Shown here piece after piece: positions 18,190 through 26,435 of a stretch of 64,000 bases of DNA. The translations under genes were made by a program, and so were the position numbers. Numbering within the stretch: the stretch's first letter is position 1; the number at the start of each line of letters is the position of its first letter. The notes beneath the pieces are model-generated. The model saw only the letters and a list, made by a program, of their open reading frames with translations. It was not told the DNA's origin and ran no database searches. The stretch comes from Bacteroidetes bacterium 2013_40CM_41_45. Lineage in GTDB: Bacteria; Bacteroidota; Bacteroidia; AKYH767-A; 2013-40CM-41-45. The DNA lies in the NCBI GenBank assembly GCA_002215675.1, contig NGFH01000002.1, positions 10,452 through 74,451 of the forward strand, written 5' to 3'.

Positions 18190-18924
18190 TATTTTCAGTA
18201 GTACTTGCATGCGTCAGCTTTGGCGTGCTTGCTTTCTTTTTTGTTATTGTAATCATAAATTATTACCGCGCCAATGCCCGAAAACAAAATGAAATATTCA
18301 ATGCAGTTTTTGAAACCCAGGCCAATGAGAGAAAAAGAATATCTGAAGATTTGCACGATGAACTGGGGCCGCTCCTGTCGGGAATTAAAATCCGCGTGGG
18401 AACGTTAAGGGATATCCACGACACCGGCGCAAAAGAAGCAATGATATCAGAAACGGAAAGCTCTTTAGATAAAGCCGTGCAGGAGGTACGTGTCATCACC
18501 AGGAATCTTATGCCGCGTCACCTGGAGGAGCATGGCTTAATTGCTGAGCTTGAAGAGTTGAAACATATATATAGAAAGATCAAAGACAATGAAAATGAAT
18601 CTACGCTTTAACGGCCTGGAAAAAAGATTAAGCCCGTTGGTGGAAATAAATATGTTTAGAATTCTTAATGAATTGGTCAATAATTCGATGAAACATTCTC
18701 GCGCCGATACTATCAATATCAACATGAGCAGAGATAAAAAAGGCCTGCGCATTTTTTTTTCTGATAATGGCAAAGGGTTTTCTGCCGGCAAGAAATATGT
18801 GGGCATCGGTTTAAAAAATATTGAAAACCGCATCAACCTGTTCAAAGGACAATACAAAATTGAAAGTGTGGAAAATGTAGGGACTCTTTTTAAAATTAAT
18901 TTTCATAATGAGAACCTGTCTTAA
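18186..18924 (+). pseudogene. HisKA_3-type sensor histidine kinase interrupted by a frameshift near 18590-18611
   Basis: Frame 0 encodes a TM helix plus the DHp box RKRISEDLHDELGPLLSG and stops at 18611. The ATPase half (FRILNELVNNSMKH, SDNGKGF, GIGLKNIENR) continues in the +1 frame from 18589. This could be a real split or an assembly error. Confidence 0.6.
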
Positions 18925-18936
18925 TTTGCCCTACCC

Positions 18937-19611
18937 GTGAATTCAAAACAAAGTCCATACAGGTATAAAATCATCATTGCAGATGACCACCAGTTTTTCA
19001 GAGACGGATTTGAAATAGCATTGAAACAAATTGACGAGGTGAAAAAGGTGACTCATGCCGCCAATGGCAAAGAAGTGCTGAAAATTCTGAAGAACGAGAA
19101 ATATGATTTAGTATTTATGGATATTAAAATGCCGGAGATGAGCGGAATTGAAGCGACCAAAGAAATTGAACTCCATTATCCGCGTGTTAAAGTTATTGCT
19201 CTTTCTATGCATGACGACAGAAAAAATGTGGTTGAAATGTTTAACTGTGGCGCCAGCGGATACATTATAAAGAACACGGATAAAAAAGAAATTGAAGCAG
19301 CTATAAAAAAAGTGATGGCGGGCGAGCACTATTTTGCTGAGAATGTGGCAAAGGAATTTATGGAGACACTTATCCAGACGCAGAAAAAGGTGACCGCCAT
19401 AAAACCGGCTATAAAAATTACCGAGAGAGAAACAACTGTACTTACCCTTTTATGCAAGGGATACTCCAACGCGCAGATGGCAAAAAAACTTTTTATAACC
19501 GAAAAAACTATTGAGTTTCACCGCAGTGAATTGCTTCGCAAAACCAATTCTAAAAATGCTGCTGAATTGGTGATTTGGGCGACTAAAAACGGTTATTACA
19601 ATGACCTGTAA
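18937..19611 (+). CDS. NarL/LuxR-family response regulator
   Basis: REC domain (IIIADDH, DLVFMDIKMP, K at ALSMHD..) plus a C-terminal LuxR HTH (ITERETTVLTLLCKGYSNAQMAKKLFITEKTIEFHR). Confidence 0.9.
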   Translation: MNSKQSPYRYKIIIADDHQFFRDGFEIALKQIDEVKKVTHAANGKEVLKILKNEKYDLVFMDIKMPEMSGIEATKEIELHYPRVKVIALSMHDDRKNVVEMFNCGASGYIIKNTDKKEIEAAIKKVMAGEHYFAENVAKEFMETLIQTQKKVTAIKPAIKITERETTVLTLLCKGYSNAQMAKKLFITEKTIEFHRSELLRKTNSKNAAELVIWATKNGYYNDL

Positions 19612-19631
19612 AGTTTTATGCTCATGCACAA

Positions 19632-20396
19632 TTAGGTGAGAATATCAAGGTTTCCATTTGTAACATGTTCTCTCACTATTGGTGTTGCAAGGAAATTGTT
19701 TTTAGCTCTCCGTGAAATTTCAACCTGGTAGCTATCTGACATTTCTGCAAAGAGTTTTTTCCCTCCCAGCACTCTGTGTATCTTGTTAAGATTTATAATG
19801 TGTGAGCGATGCACGCGCATGAATAAATTCATGTCAAGGTGCTCTTCAAATATTTTCATGTTATGTGAAACCACATACTTTTTGTTTCCGGAAATATAAA
19901 TTCTTGTATAGGCACCGTCAGCTTCAAGACGGATAATATCTGGCATTTTTAAGAAAACAGCTCCATGTTGCAGTGGAATTCTCAAGGTTAATTTGGCGGG
20001 ATGTTCTTCTTTTTGCAGCGCACTTTTTTGTTCTTCGTTTATGAGAATTTTTACTTTCTCAATAGCTTCTTTCAGTTCTGAAACATCGATAGGCTTGAGG
20101 AGATAATCGGCAACAGAATAACGAAATGCTTTCACAGCATATTCGCTGTGAGCAGTTACAAGTATAACGTGAAACGTTTTTGATTTAATTTTTTCCAGCA
20201 CATCAAACCCGGTTCCGCCCGACATTTCGATATCGAGGAGAATAAGGTCGGGCCATTTTTCAGTTATCAGTTCAACGGCTTCCTGTATTTCTTCGGCATG
20301 CCCTACAACCTCCACACCGGGACAATATTTTTTAATAAGTATCTTCAGAATTTCGATACCTTTTGATTCATCATCAACTATAATCGTCCGTATCAT
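19632..20396 (-). CDS. LytTR-family response regulator
   Basis: Start taken at MIRTIIVDDE (ATG at 20396). REC motifs DLILLDIEM, and a LytTR domain with RVHRSHIINLNKI. Confidence 0.9.
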   Translation of the reverse strand: MIRTIIVDDESKGIEILKILIKKYCPGVEVVGHAEEIQEAVELITEKWPDLILLDIEMSGGTGFDVLEKIKSKTFHVILVTAHSEYAVKAFRYSVADYLLKPIDVSELKEAIEKVKILINEEQKSALQKEEHPAKLTLRIPLQHGAVFLKMPDIIRLEADGAYTRIYISGNKKYVVSHNMKIFEEHLDMNLFMRVHRSHIINLNKIHRVLGGKKLFAEMSDSYQVEISRRAKNNFLATPIVREHVTNGNLDILT

Positions 20397-20397
20397 T

Positions 20398-23364
20398 CTA
20401 TAAAGTTTTAAAAGGCACTTCAACGGTGACGCAAGTCCCTGTAGGATTGCCTTGTTCATCGGTGAGGTCGCTGGTATAATTTTTCAGCATGCCGTTAAAT
20501 AAAGTGCCCAGCGCTTCTATTCGGTCATGCACAATGTCTGTACCTACCGATTTAAATTCCCCGCTTCGGGATTTTAATTTTGCAGCTTCATTTCTCCCTA
20601 TTCCATTATCGGTTATAGTGCATATGAGGATTGAATCTGATGTTCTGAAATTAATATCTACATGCGCTTCTCCTTTTTTAAACCTGATTCCATGTTTAAT
20701 AGAATTTTCAACAAAGGGTTGTACCAGCATTCCCGGAATATAAATATCAGAAGTATTTAAACGCGCATCAACATGAACAGAATATGTGAACTTTTTTTCA
20801 AAGCGCAGCTCTTCAAGTTCAATGTACAGCGTCAGCGTCCTGATTTCTTCGGCAAGTGAAATAAATTCTGTGCGCGACTGGTCAAGTATCATTCGTATGA
20901 GCCGCGCGAACTTCGTGATGTATAATTGAGCAGATTCTGAATCTTTTTTTGCGATGTAATACTGAATGGAGTTAAGCACATTAAAGGTGAAATGAGGATT
21001 CATCTGTGAGCGAAGCGCATTAAGATTAAGCTCTGAGAACTTCCTGTTCAATTCGTTACGTTCTTCCGCTTTCTTTTTTATGTTCCTTATGCGCAGGTTA
21101 AGAAGCAGGAATAAAATAATGATAACTGAAAGAACTACTATAGCTCTGAACCATATTGTTTCATAAAATGGCGGGGAAAGAATGAAAGCAATTTCAAGAG
21201 GAATTTTTGCGATTAATCCTTTTTCTGTTGCAGCATGTAACTGAAATTTATAAGTACCCCAGGGCAAATTTGTGAATTGCACATCGCGGTTTGAAGTATT
21301 TCTCCATATAGTGTCCTGGCCAAGAAGCCTGTAGCGGTACGTAATATTTTTTGAATTACTGAACGAAACAGCGCTGAAAGAAATGTTTAAAGTATTTTGT
21401 TTGTAGCTTAAGGAATAAGACGATGTTAACAATGTGTCTCTGTCATTAATCTTAACAGCTTTTATATAAAAAGGTATGTCTTTAATCACATTAACCGGTT
21501 CTTCCTCGCTCACAAGGCTGAGACCTTCATTTGTAGCAACATAAATTTTATTCTTTCCTATTGCAAAATCATTTATTTCATCTGAAAGCAAACCATTGCT
21601 GAAATTATAATATTCAATATTTGTACTCAAGGGTTTTTGGTTTTTAATGGTAATTTTATTGAGCCCCCTGTTTGTACTTGCCCATATAATATTGCCTTCA
21701 ACAGAAATACGATTGATGTTATCACTGGAAAGCCCATCAAGGGCTGTGATGTTATTTAAGCCGGTATCGGACACTAAAATTATTCCGTTGCTGCGCGTTG
21801 CTATAACAAGATACGTATGGTTCAGTTCATTGATATCTGTAACGCGTTTGCGGAGAATATTTTTTGTCGAATCAAACAAAGCAAAATTGCTGTCATTATA
21901 TATATATAACCCGTCCAGCCCGCCCGCCATCAATCTCCCTCTCGAATCTTTAAATAAGGCTGTAGCGTGGAATTCTTTTTTATTAATAAAGCTGGTGGAT
22001 AAATTATCTGTATTAATAGAGTAAGAGAAAAAATACTGACTGCCAAATAAATGATTATCGTCCTGTAAAATAAACCGGGTGGATGAATAAGCAGACATCA
22101 GCTTGCATCCGCGCCAGTTTGAAATAGGAATTTTTTCGTAAGGTGAATTATAAATCAGGTTGGTGGCAACGACTAATTGCTTTTTAGATTCTATATAGTA
22201 AAGAGAATTAATAGATTCTGCAGCAGAGCTGATCTCTTTTTTGAAATCCACTTTATCAATAGTAAAATTGAAAGCATTGAATTTATATAAGATGCCTTTA
22301 GAAGTTGCAAAAATTAAAACACTGTCCGATATGTTTTCAATTGCAGTTATTTTTTCACGCAACACATGGTCTCCAATTGCAAAGCTTAAGTTGTTTCTTG
22401 AGGGAAGATAAAATATTCCGTTCTCAAGGGTACTAATCCACAAACCTCCCTCATAATCGGCATAAATATGTGAAACGGAAAAATCAATAAGATAATGAGA
22501 GGAAACATTCATCGAAGAATTATAGACATACACACCGTCATGATAACATCCAATCCATAAATCGTTCCTGGAATCTTCAAAGACATTTAATACAGCGGTT
22601 TCGAAATGCTTTATCTCATAGCTCCTGTCGGGGCGAATTCGAATCAATGCACGCCCGCAGTAAAATATTAAATCGCCATTGCTAAGTTTGGTTGTGCCGA
22701 AATGTTGGTAGTTTAAGTATTCATTTAAAAGAATATCAAAACTCTGAGCAAATGATTTAATCCTTAATCGCGTGGGTGGTTTAAAATTTAGCGCGCTTGT
22801 AAAAAATGTAGAAACTGTTGCATGGCCTGTGTCATTAATTATAAATGTAGATGTATCTAACCCTAATATATTCTCTAAATACTTTCCGGCAGAATCAATG
22901 GAATGTATTTTGCCTTCAATGCCATTCAGAAAAACAGACTCGTGCTCGTCAATATATAAAGAAGTAAAAATATTGATTCCAAGGTTCGAGCTGATTACAG
23001 AATTGTATTTATAAGGAACTATTCTTCCGTTTTCGTAATAACTTAATAACCCCGTGAACGAAATAAACCAGATTCTGTTTTTCCAGTCCTTGTAAACTTT
23101 TATTACAGAATTTTCGGGCAGCGAATTTTTATTGTCGTAAACACGAAAAGAATATCCATCGTATTTTACAGCCCCGCGGTCTGTAACAAACCAAAGATTT
23201 TTTTGTGCATCGCTGGTAATCTGGTAGACTTCAGAACTTGGCAAGCCATCGCGTATGGTATAATGTTTAAAGTTAGGAATCCATTGCTGGGCGCTTAACG
23301 GATAAGCTGGAAAGAGAAAAAGTGCCGGCAGAAATAACCAAAATACTTTCCTATGGTTCTTCAT
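20398..23364 (-). CDS. Sensor kinase: signal peptide, beta-propeller repeats, Y_Y_Y domain, TM helix and LytS-type His_kinase core
   Basis: YRYRLLGQDTIWRNTS..WGTYKFQL (Y_Y_Y), a TM helix, and NPHFTFNVLNSIQYYI (PF06580-type kinase). The stop is 1 nt from the LytTR regulator start. Confidence 0.85.
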   Translation of the reverse strand: MKNHRKVFWLFLPALFLFPAYPLSAQQWIPNFKHYTIRDGLPSSEVYQITSDAQKNLWFVTDRGAVKYDGYSFRVYDNKNSLPENSVIKVYKDWKNRIWFISFTGLLSYYENGRIVPYKYNSVISSNLGINIFTSLYIDEHESVFLNGIEGKIHSIDSAGKYLENILGLDTSTFIINDTGHATVSTFFTSALNFKPPTRLRIKSFAQSFDILLNEYLNYQHFGTTKLSNGDLIFYCGRALIRIRPDRSYEIKHFETAVLNVFEDSRNDLWIGCYHDGVYVYNSSMNVSSHYLIDFSVSHIYADYEGGLWISTLENGIFYLPSRNNLSFAIGDHVLREKITAIENISDSVLIFATSKGILYKFNAFNFTIDKVDFKKEISSAAESINSLYYIESKKQLVVATNLIYNSPYEKIPISNWRGCKLMSAYSSTRFILQDDNHLFGSQYFFSYSINTDNLSTSFINKKEFHATALFKDSRGRLMAGGLDGLYIYNDSNFALFDSTKNILRKRVTDINELNHTYLVIATRSNGIILVSDTGLNNITALDGLSSDNINRISVEGNIIWASTNRGLNKITIKNQKPLSTNIEYYNFSNGLLSDEINDFAIGKNKIYVATNEGLSLVSEEEPVNVIKDIPFYIKAVKINDRDTLLTSSYSLSYKQNTLNISFSAVSFSNSKNITYRYRLLGQDTIWRNTSNRDVQFTNLPWGTYKFQLHAATEKGLIAKIPLEIAFILSPPFYETIWFRAIVVLSVIIILFLLLNLRIRNIKKKAEERNELNRKFSELNLNALRSQMNPHFTFNVLNSIQYYIAKKDSESAQLYITKFARLIRMILDQSRTEFISLAEEIRTLTLYIELEELRFEKKFTYSVHVDARLNTSDIYIPGMLVQPFVENSIKHGIRFKKGEAHVDINFRTSDSILICTITDNGIGRNEAAKLKSRSGEFKSVGTDIVHDRIEALGTLFNGMLKNYTSDLTDEQGNPTGTCVTVEVPFKTL

Positions 23365-23718
23365 TTTATGCTACAAAATTTCCAGGGTAATTTTTTGGTA
23401 ACATTGTTTTTGCCAATTGCTCATCCCGTTGTTGATTTAAAAATGTTTTTTTAATCTACTTTTTATTTTAATTTTTTCAATTAATGGAGCATTAAATGTA
23501 TCACCCAATTGCTGTTGTTGTTTTGTATCAATTTTTATTAATCTAAGTCGGTAACAGAAATACCAAACCATTCAAGGCCGTTCCAAATATGTGATACAAT
23601 TACCATAGAAACAAATGTAGATTTTTTTCCAACTAAATCGGTTTTTGACACGGACTTCCATCCCGACTTTTTTTGTGGATACATTAGTCGGCAAATGGCT
23701 TAATTTTGCCGTCCGAAA

Positions 23719-25623
23719 ATGGCACGCGGACGAAACAACAATAGCAGCAACGGAAAACAAAAAGACGAATCACCGAAAGTAAAAATCTCGAAAGAGAGTT
23801 TACGGCAGGCGCTTATTCTTTTCACCTATTTAAAACCTTACAGGGGCAGGTTTATACTAAGCCTTGTGTTCATTGCGCTCTCGGCTTTTACGACCAGCCT
23901 GTTCCCGTTATTCCTTGGCAAAATGATTGATGCTGCTTCGCCCGGAGCAACCCTGCCGGGCATGGGAAGCGACAGTGTGGGCTCGCAATTCAGCGCTGGT
24001 TTAAAGAACATTCACTGGAGTTTGAACACGACTCTGATTCTTATTTTTCTTCAGTTAGGCATTCAAACGGTTTTCTCATTTATGCGCGTGTACCTTCTTA
24101 CGGAAGTGGGAGAAAAAAGCCTGGCGGATATGCGCAAAGATGTTTATAGCAAATTGCTTTCCATGCCCATGAGTTTCTTTACGGAGAAAAGAGTAGGGGA
24201 GCTGAGCAACCGCATCTCTTCTGATTTATCACAGATACAGGATGCTATTTCGTTTACGCTTGCTGAATTTCTGCGCGGCATTTTTACATTAATAATCGGG
24301 CTTGCATTTATTTTCTGGATAAGTACAAAGCTGGCGTTGGTGATGCTTGCCGTGGTTCCCGTGATAGCTGTGTTGGCGGTAGTATTCGGAATCCGCATCC
24401 GCAGGATGGCGCGCAAAGCGCAGGACCAGTTGGCTGACAGCGGCACCATCGTGCAGGAGACCTTCCAAGGCATTTCCATGGTGAAAGCATTCACGAGCGA
24501 GTTCTATGAAATAAGCCGTTACGTGAAAAGCATTTATGCCGTAGTGAGTACGGCAATCAGCAATGCGCGGTATCGCGGTGCATTTGTTTCGTTTATGATT
24601 TTTAGTGTGTTTGGAGCCATTGCATTTGTGATGTGGTACGGAGCAGGAATGATTCAGTCGGGGCAGCTGACCATTGGTTCGCTTACCATGTTTGTTATTT
24701 TCTCCATGTTTGTAGGAGGCACCTTTGCGGGCTTTGCTGATATGTTCAGCCAACTGCAGAAAATATTGGGAGCCACCCAAAGCATCCGAGAAATTCTGCG
24801 CGGCAACGGTGAGGCGGTTGAATTAAAACAAACCGTTCTGGAACCGGAATACGGGTTAAAGGGTAATGTTCGTTTTGAACATGTGGCATTCAGTTACCCC
24901 AGCCGTAAAGATGTTCCCGTTTTAAAAGACATTTCGCTGACTGTAGCTAACGGTGAGCAGGTTGCCATTGTCGGGCCGAGTGGAGCTGGCAAGAGCACCA
25001 TTGCATCTTTATTGCTGAAATTCTATGAGCCGAATAACGGAAGAATATTTTTTGATGAACGTTCTTCCTCTGAGTTTCCGCTTTCACAGTTGCGTATGCA
25101 AATGGCTTTTGTGCCGCAGGATGTGATTTTGTTTGGTGGAAGCATCAAAGAAAATATTGCTTACGGAAAACCGGGTGCAGGTGATGATGAAATTATGGCT
25201 GCTGCTAAACAAGCAAATGCACATGAGTTCGTAGAACGGTTCCCTGAACGGTATGAAACCATTGTGGGGGAGAGAGGAATAAAATTAAGTGGCGGTCAGA
25301 GACAGCGCATTGCCATAGCACGGGCTATTTTAAAAGATCCCGCCATTCTAATTTTAGATGAAGCCACCTCATCGCTTGACAGCGAAAGCGAACAGCTGGT
25401 GCAGGAGGCATTGGATAACCTGATGAAGGGACGCACATCATTTGTAATTGCTCACCGACTCTCTACCATTCGTAACGCAGATAAAATTGTGCTTATTGAT
25501 AAAGGTATAGTAAGCGAAAGCGGCTCACATAATCAGCTGATGAGCCACAACGGACTTTACCGCAAACTCAACGAAATGCAATTTGAGTTTGGTGCGGTCA
25601 CTCAATCTCCAGTGCCCGAATAA
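23719..25623 (+). CDS. ABC exporter, fused permease and ATPase (MsbA/MdlB-like)
   Basis: Six-helix TMD followed by Walker A GPSGAGKST, signature LSGGQRQR and Walker B ILILDEATS. Confidence 0.9.
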   Translation: MARGRNNNSSNGKQKDESPKVKISKESLRQALILFTYLKPYRGRFILSLVFIALSAFTTSLFPLFLGKMIDAASPGATLPGMGSDSVGSQFSAGLKNIHWSLNTTLILIFLQLGIQTVFSFMRVYLLTEVGEKSLADMRKDVYSKLLSMPMSFFTEKRVGELSNRISSDLSQIQDAISFTLAEFLRGIFTLIIGLAFIFWISTKLALVMLAVVPVIAVLAVVFGIRIRRMARKAQDQLADSGTIVQETFQGISMVKAFTSEFYEISRYVKSIYAVVSTAISNARYRGAFVSFMIFSVFGAIAFVMWYGAGMIQSGQLTIGSLTMFVIFSMFVGGTFAGFADMFSQLQKILGATQSIREILRGNGEAVELKQTVLEPEYGLKGNVRFEHVAFSYPSRKDVPVLKDISLTVANGEQVAIVGPSGAGKSTIASLLLKFYEPNNGRIFFDERSSSEFPLSQLRMQMAFVPQDVILFGGSIKENIAYGKPGAGDDEIMAAAKQANAHEFVERFPERYETIVGERGIKLSGGQRQRIAIARAILKDPAILILDEATSSLDSESEQLVQEALDNLMKGRTSFVIAHRLSTIRNADKIVLIDKGIVSESGSHNQLMSHNGLYRKLNEMQFEFGAVTQSPVPE

Positions 25624-26049
25624 AGTTCCGTGCGATTAGAAACATTCAAGGCTAACTTTTTTCGTTCAAATAATTTCGATAGGGCATTATCGAACCATAT
25701 ATTTTTGGGCATATTATAGCCAATATTAATCGTAAATCAGCCGTAAAATACCTGTAATTTAATAATAAAATATCCGTAAATTAATTGAAGTTTTTTAAAT
25801 TTAATTCTTCTACATTTCTTCTCTTTTACCATAAAACTTAATAAAAACAACATATTAACCACAGTTTATTCATGATGCCCTGCCGAGAATGGAAAAATAG
25901 AGTAATTCAGGAAGGAAAAATGGTTGTGAAGAAAATTGTGAAGCTGTAAGCAACGAAATACGACTCCGTCAATTAAAGCATGAATATGTTGAAGTCCGAA
26001 CAGCATCGAAAATAAATTTTTATTTTCGTTTCTCAATTTTTCTTATAAA

Positions 26050-26088
26050 CCTGCCCGCCATTGCGTAGCCTTCGCGTTGGCAGGCAGG
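26050..26088. repeat. GC-rich REP-like hairpin
   Basis: CCTGCCCGCCATTG ... TTGGCAGGCAGG. Same family as 16807, 37390 and 46945. Confidence 0.6.
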
Positions 26089-26415
26089 TTTTTAATTTTC
26101 AATTCTTTTGCCCAATCCCCCGACTGGCTCTGGGCAAAAGCAATAGGAGGAACACTTAATGATTATGGTAACTCGGTAGCCGTTGATGCTTCGGGCAATG
26201 TTTACACCACAGGTACTTTCCAGGGAACAGTTGACTTTGACCCGGGCGCGGGAGTATTCAATTTAACTTCTGTAGGACTCTTTGACATTTTCATTTCCAA
26301 AGTAGACAACTCAGGCAATTTTGTTTGGACAAAAGCAATGGGCGAAATAACTAATAATGACTATGCTTCAGGTAACTTCATAGCCATTGACCCCGCAGGA
26401 AGCGAGGATGTTTAA
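26077..26415 (+). pseudogene. Truncated fragment of an SBBP-type beta-propeller repeat protein
   Basis: The motif NDYGNSVAVDASGNVYTTGTFQGTVDFDPG is typical of much longer secreted proteins. The ORF is only 112 aa, and its first codons (TTG start) are encoded by the REP-like hairpin. Confidence 0.5.
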
Positions 26416-26435
26416 TTGTGTAATTTGCAAAGCAA

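Noticed and set aside
23669-23708. Bacteroidota-type promoter elements (TTTG ... TAATTTTG) upstream of the ABC transporter.
   Set aside because: A TAnnTTTG-like -7 box is present at 23701-23708. However, the spacing to the nearest TTG -33 element (~26 nt) is off, and I cannot validate it without TSS data.
24144-24780. Three nested minus-strand ORFs inside the ABC transporter gene.
   Set aside because: They are antisense to a gene with clear Walker and signature motifs. Their composition (Cys/His/Arg-rich) is typical of non-coding frames.
25624-26049. An AT-rich 430-nt region after the ABC transporter, checked for small RNA or CRISPR-like periodic repeats.
   Set aside because: It contains only loose CGTAAA-type motifs. 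There are no regularly spaced direct repeats and no stable long hairpin.
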